A stretch of 64,000 nt of DNA from Arenicellales bacterium (GCA_963664525.1 OY761535.1:1295314-1359313), one strand, 5' to 3'. Shown: positions 25,044 to 35,053, numbered from the stretch's first letter. Made by a program: numbers and translations. Notes: generated by a model not told the origin, from the sequence alone.

Positions 25044-26605
25044 AAACGCGTTCGTCTAACGAGTTGAAGCGAGCGAATTTCTTCGAGAATAATCTGGTGA
25101 ATTTCAGCCCTTAAATCACCGCTCGACCATGCACCTGTAACTGATCCCGAATGACTGGTTTCAAAGCCATCCGCGAAAGAATAATCGATCTTTTGATCGC
25201 GCGGCCGCGGCTGAGAAGCATTTTGCAATTCCAAGTTCTCAAATTGATCTGTGTCGATCATCGCTTCTTTGTTGTAAGCGATTTTTGACCACTGCACCAA
25301 GTGCTGTGGACCGACATTGTCACCCACCGAACTTCTACCAAAAAATCCTGTGCCAACCGTCATGGTTGGTGCAAGATTGGTATTAAACCCCGATGCACCA
25401 GTGCTACACGGAGCGTTGACCGGAGTTCGCAATACGCTTAACTCAGATCCAAAACGCAACACCATTTGGGGATCCTGGCAGTGTATCGCAGCAGAGTGCC
25501 CACTACCCATTCGCCGCGTCATCGCATTACAAGCCTTCATTGCAGCGTCGCGGCTCGCAACGACATAGAATCCGAGTACAGGACAAAGTTTTTCCCGACT
25601 TAATACGTAATCATCACCGATACGTTCAAGGTCGACAACGAGTACCCGGGTATTTTGAGGGACCCGAATTCTGGCACGTTCAGCGATCCACTCAGCTGGC
25701 TGACCAATGACCGATGGGTCGAATGCGCCTTCTGGATATAGCAGTTCAGTTATACGATCCCGTTCTTCATCACTACAGTGATAACAACCCTCTTTTTTCA
25801 GCGCAACAATTAAATCGCTGCTGATTGCCTTATGTGCGACCACCGCCGATTCATTGGTGCAAAGAATGCTGTTATCAAACGACTTACTATCGGCAATGCA
25901 TTTTGCGGCATGTTCAACGTCAGCAGTTTTATCAACATAGGCTGGACAGTTGCCAGGACCGACGCCCAGTGCAGGGTTACCAGAACTGTAAGCAGCCCTG
26001 ACCATAGGTGAACCGCCTGTTGCGAGAATCACATCGATACCATCGGAACGCATGACGCCTTCAATCACCTCTAACGTGGGATTCTCGATTACCTGAATAA
26101 TGCCATCCGGCGCACCCGCATCTTCTGCAGCCTGTGCGATTTTAGCGACCGCATCCGAACAGCATTCTTTCGCCGAGGGATGTGGACTGATGACAATTGC
26201 ATTTCGCGTCATTAATGCGAGTAGTGCTTTGAAAAATACCGAGCAGACTGGGTTGGTGGACGGTGTCAGTGCAAAGACGACACCAGCAGGCCGTGGAATT
26301 TCAATGACTTTGCGTTCGTGATCGATGCGGTGGCGGGTGAAATCATGATCCTTATAGTATTCATAAATACCCTCGCTGCACATCCGGTTCTTGATCTCTT
26401 TGTGGTCTGCATTACCAAACCCCGTTTCAGCAACGGCCCAGTCAGCATACTGGCGTGCAGTTTCATTACCAATGTCTGCGACCGCTTTGGTAATACGAAG
26501 CACATCATCGCGCCGGTAGCCGGCATACACGCTGCCGGCCCAACGTGCCCGGTTGACAACTCTCATCGCCTGAAAAATCGGCGTTGGCTGTGAATGTATC
26601 GGCAT
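25040..26605 (-). CDS. CoA-acylating aldehyde dehydrogenase (EutE/PduP-type) with a C-terminal extension
   Basis: AldDH core with catalytic Cys in FDNSILCTNESAVV, plus ALTPSTNP and ATGGSPMVRAAYSSG. The C-terminal tail is a low-complexity linker followed by DLRAEIHQIILEEIRSLQLV. The start is uncertain: 26605 (MPIHSQ), 26662 or 26566. Confidence 0.85.
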   Translation of the reverse strand: MPIHSQPTPIFQAMRVVNRARWAGSVYAGYRRDDVLRITKAVADIGNETARQYADWAVAETGFGNADHKEIKNRMCSEGIYEYYKDHDFTRHRIDHERKVIEIPRPAGVVFALTPSTNPVCSVFFKALLALMTRNAIVISPHPSAKECCSDAVAKIAQAAEDAGAPDGIIQVIENPTLEVIEGVMRSDGIDVILATGGSPMVRAAYSSGNPALGVGPGNCPAYVDKTADVEHAAKCIADSKSFDNSILCTNESAVVAHKAISSDLIVALKKEGCYHCSDEERDRITELLYPEGAFDPSVIGQPAEWIAERARIRVPQNTRVLVVDLERIGDDYVLSREKLCPVLGFYVVASRDAAMKACNAMTRRMGSGHSAAIHCQDPQMVLRFGSELSVLRTPVNAPCSTGASGFNTNLAPTMTVGTGFFGRSSVGDNVGPQHLVQWSKIAYNKEAMIDTDQFENLELQNASQPRPRDQKIDYSFADGFETSHSGSVTGAWSSGDLRAEIHQIILEEIRSLQLVRRTRL

Positions 26606-26833
26606 CCTTACAAATTGAATGAACAGAATTTCGTCTTGTAGCGAAAATTCTATGTCACGCAAAATGTTTTAGTCTTGACAGTTCAAACCAATTAGTTGAC
26701 TTCAGAGCGCGTGAATCATGCCAGTCTGTGTTGGCCAACGCATGACGGTCGAAAACAAAAGACCGGCACCACCGATCAATATCCTAACCGATACAGCGTT
26801 TGTCTGCTGCGTCGACAGCCACGCAGTTTGTTC

Positions 26834-29800
26834 TTATGAGGACATTGACTCCGAACTTCGGCCTAGTAAATGCACTTCGCTGATCGCAACAGTCAATGTA
26901 GCAAAATCGATTTTGCTGATTGACTTCATATCCTTGATGATGCTGGCCAACATTCGACAGCTAACCCGATTGGATTCCATCCAAACATCAACAGCATGTT
27001 GTGGGCTGTCTGTCGAGGCATGTTGAACAACGTCGCTTGCAATGGCTGACTGATGGGTGTGAATATCGTCGCTCAATCTTGATTTGGCGAGTCCGTGCCA
27101 TCGGTTTTCAACCGGTAGATTAGCAACCTGCTGGCGAATCCAAACCAATTCCAGTCTGGCACCGATATCGAAATATACCTGTGAGACAAATTCAGCGGTT
27201 TTTTCTGATTGCTTGATGATTTCAACGATGTCCAGGGCTGTTGATAGCGGTATGCATTCAACAACTTGCCGGGCAAGTTTTTGCGGCACCTTGTTATCGA
27301 CCAAATCGTCGATGTAGTGTTTGATTTGACTGGTATATTCTCTGCTGAGCGATTTCGAAAGCCCGCTGGAAAGTTTTTGAACATCGCCTTTGAAATAATC
27401 GACCACCTCGGCAATATTGAGTGGATGGTTCCGATGACGAAGCAGCCAAAGTGTGGTCCGTTCCAGTAATCCTTCAGCCAATTTCAGCATTTTCAACTGA
27501 CTGGAGGCTGGCACCTTGTTATCCATGTTTTCAACTGCCGACCAGATATCTTGCATGTCAAAAATATCTCTAGCGGCACAGTACGATCTTGCGATATCAG
27601 CATAAGCAGCACCCGACAAACCACGCATTCGGTAGGCAAATGTTGGACCGACCCGATTAATCATGTTGTTCGTCACGAAGGTCGCAACGATCTCCCTTTT
27701 TAATCGATGTTCATACATCTCTTTACTGAATTGCTTTGACAGACGGTCAGGGAAGTACTCAGACAGGTCTCTGTCCAGGTAATCATCCTCAGGCATATTC
27801 GAATCGAGCAATGCATCGTACAAAGTCATCTTCGAATAAGCAAGCAACACGGAAAGCTCCGGCAGTTTGAGTCCAATGCCGATCGATTCGCGCCTTTTGA
27901 TTTCTTCCCAATCCGGTAAAAATTCAATTTCCCGATCGAGCTGGTCCGATCTTTCCAGTGCCTGAATATACTGACTGTGTTCATTGAGCAACTCAGGTGA
28001 ATGAACATTGAGGGAACTGAGTGCCTGGCTTTGTTGGTAGTTGTTTTCCAATACCAGTTCAGCGACCTCTTCTGTCATTTCCCTGAGGATCTTTTCGCGC
28101 TGCTTAACGGTCATTTCACCGTGATTAACAACTTGGTTGAGCAATATCTTGATATTCACTTCGTGGTCTGAACAATCCACACCACCTGAATTGTCAATCG
28201 AGTCGGTATAACAGCGACCGCCATGCATGCAATACTCGACGCGACCGAGTTGAGTCATACCAAGATTTCCACCTTCACCGACGACCTTGGCACCAAGTTC
28301 CGAACCATCAACTCGAATCGCATCGTTGGAACGATTTTCTGTATCAGCATGCGATTGTGTCGAGGCTTTAACGTAAGTACCAATTCCGCCATTCCACATT
28401 AAATCAACCGGCGCCTTGAGCATGGCATGCATCAATTCGTTGGGTGTAAGCTTGGACTGTGTTATGTTCAATCGTTTTTGCACGGCCGGTGAAATATCGA
28501 TCGCCTTAGCAGTGCGATCGAATACCCCACCGCCTTCGGAAATCAACTTTTTGTCATAGTCTTTCCAACTCAGCCCTGGTGAATTAAAGAGCCTTTCCCG
28601 TTCCTGGTAGCTAATCTCGGCATCGGGGTTGGGGTCTAAAAATATTTCGATGTGATTAAAGGCACCAACCAATTGGATGTGCCGGGACAGCAGCATGCCA
28701 TTTCCGAAAACATCTCCGCCCATGTCACCGATGCCAATGGCTGTAAAATCCGTCGTCTGAATATCAACACCCAGTTCGCGAAAGTGCCGTTTCACCGACT
28801 CCCAGGCACCCCGGGCTGTAATACCCATCGCTTTGTGGTCATATCCAACTGAACCACCGGAAGCAAACGCATCTCCCATCCAAAAGCCATACTCTTCAGA
28901 AATTTTGTTGGCAATATCCGAAAAAGTCGCAGTCCCCTTGTCCGCTGCGACAACAAGATAGGGGTCATCATCATCGTAACGCTTTACATTTGCAGGATGG
29001 ACAATTTTGTCATCGACAATGTTGTCCGTGATGTCGAGCATACCGCGGATAAAGGTTGAATAACAAAATATCGCCTCATCCAACATGCTTGTGCCCGGTG
29101 CCGGTGGCTGTTTAATCACGAATCCACCTTTTGAGCCGACCGGTACGATGACTGCATTTTTGACCATCTGCGCTTTCACCAGGCCCAGCACCTCGGTCCT
29201 GAAGTCTTCTCGCCGATCTGACCACCTCAATCCACCACGCGCAACTTTACCGCCGCGCAGGTGTACCGCCTCAGTGCGCGGTGAATATACGAATATTTCA
29301 TATTTTGGTCGTGGGTCCGGCATCCGAATGATTCGCATGCAATCAATTTTGAAAGAAATGTAGTCATGTGGATGACCCGATGAATCTATACAAAAATAGT
29401 TGGTGCGTATCGTCGAAGTCATCGCATTTTTATAGCTTCGAAGTATCACGTCTTCATCCAGACTGGACACCGCATCAAGATGCGCATCCATCACTTTCCT
29501 GATTCGATTGACTTCCTGGTCGGACGAACCCGCAGTCGGATCAAATTTGACCTCGAAATATCGGATCAAGCTGGCAGTCATGTCGATATTTCGAATCAGT
29601 GTGTCGGTTACATAGGCACTGCTGAAAGTGTGACCAATTTGTTTCAAATACTTGCTGTAAGCGCGCAAAACCGAAACCTGTCTCCAGGTTAAATTCGCCA
29701 TCAATACGAGGCGGTTAAACACATCGTTCTCCGCAGCACCGCGCCAGATATTAATAAAGGCCTGCTCAAAACTTTGGCGCTGCTGGTCAGCGTCATATTC

Positions 29801-31651
29801 CTGGGAATGTATCAGTGAGTAATCATGAACCCAGATAGAGCCGTCATTTGGCAATGAGATCTCGTACGGTCGTTCCTCCTTCACACGTAATCCCATGTTT
29901 TCCAGGACTGGCAATACATCTGACGGCGACACCTGGTTTTGAAAGCTGAACAATTTCAAACGCACCTGTTTTTGGTCAGTTTCCTGAAGTGGCCGGAAAA
30001 ATGAAACGATAAGATCATTGTCGGCATTCAATGCGCTTAGTCTTTCGAGATCCGCAGCAACAACCCAAGGTGAATAGTCTTCCTGGTAACTCGCCCCGAA
30101 CGCATTCTCAAAGGTGCGACAATACTGCGCACCGACATCTTCCCCATAACGTTCAACAGCAGCCTGGCGAAGTGCATCTTGCCAGGTTGTTGCCGCATCC
30201 TGCACTTGACGCTGAATGTCTTCCAGGCTAAGTTCGGGTTGACTGTCAGTATCAACGTAGATTGTGTACTCGATACGGGCGAGTACCGAACCGGAAAAGG
30301 TTGCAAAAAATTCAGATGACTTCCCCTTGAGCGATTTCATCAAGATGCTTTCGATCTTGACGCGTAGTGGTCGACCAAACAGTTCATGCGGAATGTAAAC
30401 CAGTGCTGAGTAGAACCGGTCGAACTGTTCTCGGCGCAAAAAGAGTTTCACGCGGTTGCGTTCCTGCAACTCCAGTGTGCCAGCTACGTCTTCAAACAAT
30501 TCGTCTGAATTGGCTCGAAACAACATGTCGCGAGGATAATTGTCAACAATATTGGTCAACACGCGAATACTGTGTGTTGTTTCTGAAAATCGACTGCGCT
30601 GCAGCACCCTTTTGATCTTGGTTCGAAGCAACGGAATGAGACTTGCGCTTCCGTTATAGGCAGTCGAACTAAAAAGCCCAACGACAGCTCGCAAACCTGA
30701 ACAAGCACCCGCAGCGGTGTATTTCGGAATAAGAATGAAGTCGAGGTATGACGAGCGGTGTATGGGCGAGTGAATATTTGCTTTTGATACGATCAACGAC
30801 TGACAATCGGTTTTAGTATCGATGGTTAACGCACTGATCGGTAATATTTTGCCAAGATCTTCATATTCTCGCAAAATTCCAAGTTTGGATTTGTCATTCT
30901 GAATTAACGTCCCATTTTTCTTCAGTTGTAATTCACAGTACCCGAGCAGAGTAAAATTTCCAGTGGCCAACCAGCTGCAAAACTCTGCATAATCTTCCAT
31001 GAATTCGTTTTTGGAACGATCCATCTCCTTTTCCAGATTCTTCGCTGCAGCCTTGATCTGTCGGCGCATCGGCCGCCAATCTTCAACTGCAATATCAAGT
31101 GTCTTTAAGGCTTCCCTGAGGCAGGCTTCGACAGTCTCAAACTCGGTTGTTTCAAATCGCCTTTCAAATTCAAAATGTATGAATGATTCAAATACACCGT
31201 CTAGAAAATCTGCATTCAAAGGTGCCGCGATCTTCCGCAGCCGCCCGGACTCATCGCGCTGAACTGCGAGTACAGGATGAACAGTCAAGTGCACCTTACA
31301 TCCTAAATTGTTCAATACCATTGACATGGTGTCGACCAGGAACGGCCGGTCGGGGATGACCATTTCCAGAACTGCGAATTTCGATCGCCAGCCATCGCGC
31401 TCGACATCGGGGTAATAAAGCCTGATCTTGGTTTCATCAGCTTGCCTTACCCTGCACAGTTCCCAGTGCGCCAGCGCTGCTCCGCGCAAATCGAAGACAT
31501 CCCTTTGACTTAATTCTTCGTAGGGAACGCCATAGTAGTAGGCTCGGACAAACTGCTCAAATTCGTCGTCATCTGTGTGCAGTAGACTTCCCTGGTCGCC
31601 GACAATCCGGTTTATCAGGGTTTCAGTTTGATGTGAATGAAGAATAGACAC
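26834..31651 (-). CDS. large NAD-specific glutamate dehydrogenase (~180 kDa Bac_GDH type)
   Basis: 1,605-aa uninterrupted ORF. The architecture and motifs are typical of this family (..VPVGSKGGFV.., ..LVVAADKGTATFSD.., ..GGDMGGDVFGNGML..). Confidence 0.9.
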   Translation of the reverse strand: MSILHSHQTETLINRIVGDQGSLLHTDDDEFEQFVRAYYYGVPYEELSQRDVFDLRGAALAHWELCRVRQADETKIRLYYPDVERDGWRSKFAVLEMVIPDRPFLVDTMSMVLNNLGCKVHLTVHPVLAVQRDESGRLRKIAAPLNADFLDGVFESFIHFEFERRFETTEFETVEACLREALKTLDIAVEDWRPMRRQIKAAAKNLEKEMDRSKNEFMEDYAEFCSWLATGNFTLLGYCELQLKKNGTLIQNDKSKLGILREYEDLGKILPISALTIDTKTDCQSLIVSKANIHSPIHRSSYLDFILIPKYTAAGACSGLRAVVGLFSSTAYNGSASLIPLLRTKIKRVLQRSRFSETTHSIRVLTNIVDNYPRDMLFRANSDELFEDVAGTLELQERNRVKLFLRREQFDRFYSALVYIPHELFGRPLRVKIESILMKSLKGKSSEFFATFSGSVLARIEYTIYVDTDSQPELSLEDIQRQVQDAATTWQDALRQAAVERYGEDVGAQYCRTFENAFGASYQEDYSPWVVAADLERLSALNADNDLIVSFFRPLQETDQKQVRLKLFSFQNQVSPSDVLPVLENMGLRVKEERPYEISLPNDGSIWVHDYSLIHSQEYDADQQRQSFEQAFINIWRGAAENDVFNRLVLMANLTWRQVSVLRAYSKYLKQIGHTFSSAYVTDTLIRNIDMTASLIRYFEVKFDPTAGSSDQEVNRIRKVMDAHLDAVSSLDEDVILRSYKNAMTSTIRTNYFCIDSSGHPHDYISFKIDCMRIIRMPDPRPKYEIFVYSPRTEAVHLRGGKVARGGLRWSDRREDFRTEVLGLVKAQMVKNAVIVPVGSKGGFVIKQPPAPGTSMLDEAIFCYSTFIRGMLDITDNIVDDKIVHPANVKRYDDDDPYLVVAADKGTATFSDIANKISEEYGFWMGDAFASGGSVGYDHKAMGITARGAWESVKRHFRELGVDIQTTDFTAIGIGDMGGDVFGNGMLLSRHIQLVGAFNHIEIFLDPNPDAEISYQERERLFNSPGLSWKDYDKKLISEGGGVFDRTAKAIDISPAVQKRLNITQSKLTPNELMHAMLKAPVDLMWNGGIGTYVKASTQSHADTENRSNDAIRVDGSELGAKVVGEGGNLGMTQLGRVEYCMHGGRCYTDSIDNSGGVDCSDHEVNIKILLNQVVNHGEMTVKQREKILREMTEEVAELVLENNYQQSQALSSLNVHSPELLNEHSQYIQALERSDQLDREIEFLPDWEEIKRRESIGIGLKLPELSVLLAYSKMTLYDALLDSNMPEDDYLDRDLSEYFPDRLSKQFSKEMYEHRLKREIVATFVTNNMINRVGPTFAYRMRGLSGAAYADIARSYCAARDIFDMQDIWSAVENMDNKVPASSQLKMLKLAEGLLERTTLWLLRHRNHPLNIAEVVDYFKGDVQKLSSGLSKSLSREYTSQIKHYIDDLVDNKVPQKLARQVVECIPLSTALDIVEIIKQSEKTAEFVSQVYFDIGARLELVWIRQQVANLPVENRWHGLAKSRLSDDIHTHQSAIASDVVQHASTDSPQHAVDVWMESNRVSCRMLASIIKDMKSISKIDFATLTVAISEVHLLGRSSESMSS

Positions 31652-31791
31652 GGGTAGATCTCTTTGGGTTGTAATTTCAACTTTTGGTTAATTTAGCTTT
31701 TTTAATTCTTTTACTCGCAACCATCAATTGGGATTGCGTCATTGGTTTAATTTCGAAATCTGATACTTGTACCAAACATGACCACAGTCAA

Positions 31792-33227
31792 TTATCGCCT
31801 ATGCTTAATCCGCACAACTAAATTATCAGGGTACATCGTGAATGATAAGCGCTCTTGAACAGGTTCCTTTACACTGAGCAGTTCGACTTCAAAGTTCTTC
31901 AGAAACATGGCCAATACGACCCGCATTTGCAAAAATGCGAGGCTGCGACCAGGACAGAACCGAGGACCACCACCAAATGGCATAAACGCACGTGGATCAT
32001 GCGTCATCAAATCTGTTCCTGATTCTCTGAGCCATCGATCAGGTCTAAATTCACCTGCGTCGCTGAAATTTTCCTCTCGAGTCGCAACGCGCCTTGTAAG
32101 CAATATCAATTGCGTTCTTTTGGGTATCGACACTCCCAGGATGTCTTGTGTTTGCTTGGTTTCCATGACCATGATTGGCGCAACAGGCTTCAGGCGCATG
32201 ACCTCGTCTCGAAATGCATCAAGAAAAGGAAGCTTTTCTGTCTGTGAGATGTTTCGCAACATTGAATCTTCTGCAATCAATCGGTCTACTTCATCTCTTG
32301 CCTGTGTAAAGTGTACTGGATACGTGGAAAAAAGTGTATCGTCCAAGCCATCGTATTGGCAGTCGTATCCTCCCCAGCAAGTAAAATTGTCCCGATATTT
32401 GCAAATATTTCGGCATCGGTAAATCCCGAATCTTCGTCTTCGATGGCAAGCAATAGTGCTTCGAGAAAGTTTTCCGGTGACTTTCTAAGTTCAGGATTGG
32501 ATTGCAATCGCTCTCGCGTCGCTTCAATAATAGTGTCTGCTTCCCGCCTGATCTGCACTAGCGACTGATCGAGGCTTCTGTCTGATGGTAGTTTGAAGTA
32601 TCGCCAGTATGCAAAAGGTAAATTTGCACGCTGATGTACTTTCGGGAATATTTTGTCGAGATGCTGTTGAATGACTGGGCCCGAAGCCTCAACTGTGTTG
32701 GCATCAAAACCAAAAGCAATTTGCATGGTTACATCAACCGTAAATCGATAGAGATCTTCACATAGATTGACTGGTTCTCCGGTATCTGCTGCTCGGTCCC
32801 AGCGACGTTTTAATCGATCGACGGTGCTTACAAGTTGAGGAAAGAAATTGGCAAGTTTGGCTCGACCCAACGCAGCTACAACCAGTTTTCTCTGCCTGCG
32901 CCAGGATTGTCCTTCTGCAGTAAAGACGCCATTAAGCTGCAATTCGTTTGCGACTCCCTCCAGACGGCTGTCGCGACGATATAGACCGGGGCGGTCAACT
33001 AGAATCTGCTGCACAGCGTGTTTGTCCGAGATGACAGCAATCGAAGATGAGCCAAACTTGATTTTGTAAATCGAGCCATATTGATTGGCCCAATTTTCAA
33101 GATCAAGATGCAGGGTTTTGAAATCAACCTGCATATAGTTGCCGACGAAGGGAAAGCCGCGCGGACCAGCAAGTTCCGCAAACGATTTCACTTGCTTTTC
33201 GCGCAAACCTGACGGATTATCATTCAA
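31792..33227 (-). pseudogene. cytochrome P450 interrupted by a -1 frameshift in a homopolymer
   Basis: The N-terminal ORF (313 aa) ends just after the I-helix AGEDTTANTMAWTIHFF. The C-terminal ORF (184 aa) carries EVMRLKP (ExxR) and the haem loop FGGGPRFCPGRSLA. The frames join as ..IHFFSTYPVHF.. if the A6 run at 32328-32333 (T-run on the coding strand) were 7 nt long. Confidence 0.8.
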
Positions 33228-33462
33228 TTGACTCAGACCGAACTTCTTATGTTCAAATTCCGCACACAGTCCAGATTTTATAAAGTCTTAACATCGATGA
33301 TGTGCCATATTGGATTGCATCCATGAATGGCAAACGAAAAAATTACAGTTGGGGTTTACACTTAGATGTCCGAATGTTTCCTCCTTTTTTATTCCGCCAT
33401 CCTCTCCTCCTGAAAAACGTGAAATTTCATTGAATTCAAATACTCATCTCGAGGATAAGGTA

Positions 33463-33545
33463 TTATCACCGCATAATGTGCGACAATTATTTTTAATTTT
33501 GCGGTGATTAAACCTTACATTCACCTTGTTTTGTGCGGTGATTAA
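33463..33545. promoter_or_regulatory. repeated TGCGGTGAT(T)AA boxes upstream of the Fic gene
   Basis: TTATCACCGCA sits at 33463-33473 in inverted orientation. TGCGGTGATTAA occurs at 33500-33511 and again at 33534-33545, the latter abutting the start codon. Confidence 0.3.
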
Positions 33546-34659
33546 TGATGTGGATTCACGAGCATCCAAACTGGCCAAACTTTACCTGGAATGATGAAGT
33601 GATTTCCACCCAGTTGGCTGATACTCGATATCGCCAAGGTCGATTGCTTGGTCGAATGGAAGGCCTAGAATTCAATCTCAAGCAGGAGGCTAGCCTCAAC
33701 ACTCTGACCTATGATGTCGTCAAGTCTTCGGCCATTGAGGGAGAAAAACTCAATCCAAAGGAAGTGCGTTCATCCATCGCACGAAGGCTTGGGATTGATT
33801 TTACGGGGCTTGTGCCAAGTGGCGGTGATATAGAGGGTATTGTTGCAATGATGCTTGATGCAACTCAGCAATTTTCGAAACCTCTGACAAAATCTCGATT
33901 ATTTGACTGGCACGCAACGCTTTTTCCGACCGGACGTAGTGGTATGCACCGAATCGTGGTTGGAGGTTGGCGTACCATGGATACAGAACCAATGCGGGTC
34001 GTCTCCGGTCCTATAGGTCGCGAAAAAGTTCACTTTGAAGCACCAAATGCAAATCGACTGGATAAAGAAATGCAGGAGTTTCTGGGCTGGTTTGACGGTC
34101 GCCATGACATAGACCCGGTGCTAAAAGCAGGCATTGCTCATTTTTGGTTTGTAAGCATCCATCCATTTGAGGACACGGGAATGGACGTATCGCTAGAGCG
34201 ATCTGTGATATGGCGTTGGCACGCACTGATGGCATCCCTGAACGTTTTTACAGCTTATCTACGCAGATTGCATCCGAGCGCAAAGACTATTACAGTCAGT
34301 TAGAAAAACAGCAACGTAAGACACCAGAAATTACCCGCTGGTTGCAATGGTTTTTGGGTTGTTTGGGACGAGCGATTTCCAATGCTGAAACGACGCTCGG
34401 TAATGTGCTATTCAAAGCAGAATTTTGGGATAAGTTCAGTCTTGTTCTCGTGAATGAACGTCAGCGCCTGATCATCGACCGCATGCTAGAGGACGATAAT
34501 GAAGGGTTTATTAACACTTCCAAATATGCCAAGCTTGCAAAATGCTCGAAGGACACTGCTTTGCGGGATATACAGAACTTAAAGGACCATGGCATCTTGA
34601 TTCAGAATCCCGGCGCAGGACGCAGTACGAGTTACAGATTAATACGACAGCTTGACTAA
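33545..34659 (+). pseudogene. Fic-family protein (DUF4172-type N-terminus) disrupted inside the Fic motif
   Basis: ORF1 reads ..SIHPFEDTGMDVS.. and terminates at 34303. In the +1 frame the DNA reads GNGRIARAICDMALARTDG and continues into ORF2 (34210-34659). An extra AC at 34175-34176 (GAC AC GGG AAT GGA CGT) splits HPFED|GNGR. Confidence 0.8.
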
Positions 34660-35053
34660 ACCTGATTCCAATGAAACTCTAAGCAAGGGTAATTTAGCCG
34701 TCAACGCCATTATTGATGATGTTCCACTTTCACAAATGGAATATAACGCGCACAATGACCACTCACTAATGGGGCCGATTCAACGAGGCAATGGCGTCTT
34801 ATCACCAAGAATATGCCGATACCTGTGTGAACCGATTTGAAATTTGGCTGGAGATAAATCATTCTGGCGCTTGGAAAAACACAGAATACGAGTCGGTGTT
34901 CATTTGTCCAGAATTAACATCAATCCATTCATTAAAACAAAAAGTTACGTAAAATGTGCTTGAGCAATGTAATTTGAGTTCCTTGAATAAGCTCAGCAAA
35001 TGTTAAAAAAGCAAAAAGAGATTAACTTCTTGAAGAAATTTGACTGAATTCAC

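Noticed and set aside
22585-26662. Carboxysome locus, the expected BMC in a sulfur-oxidising autotroph
   Set aside because: No RuBisCO, carbonic anhydrase, or CsoS2/CcmM/CcmN-like genes lie in or next to the operon. The enzyme present is a CoA-acylating aldehyde dehydrogenase, the hallmark of catabolic metabolosomes.
26797-26826. Hairpin (CTGCGT...ACGCAG) after the glutamate dehydrogenase stop, as an intrinsic terminator
   Set aside because: It has only a 6-bp stem and is not followed by a U-tract on the transcribed strand. This is too weak to annotate.
26834-31651. The giant NAD-glutamate dehydrogenase as the signature enzyme of the adjacent BMC
   Set aside because: It lies on the same strand, 170 bp upstream of the AldDH. 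However, its reaction produces no aldehyde, I see no terminal amphipathic extension, and this family is a common housekeeping catabolic enzyme. Adjacency alone is insufficient.
31792-33227. Two separate small P450-related genes (313 aa and 184 aa)
   Set aside because: Each half lacks essential P450 elements that the other supplies. The ORFs overlap at a homopolymer where a 1-nt change joins them. I treat this as one frameshifted gene.
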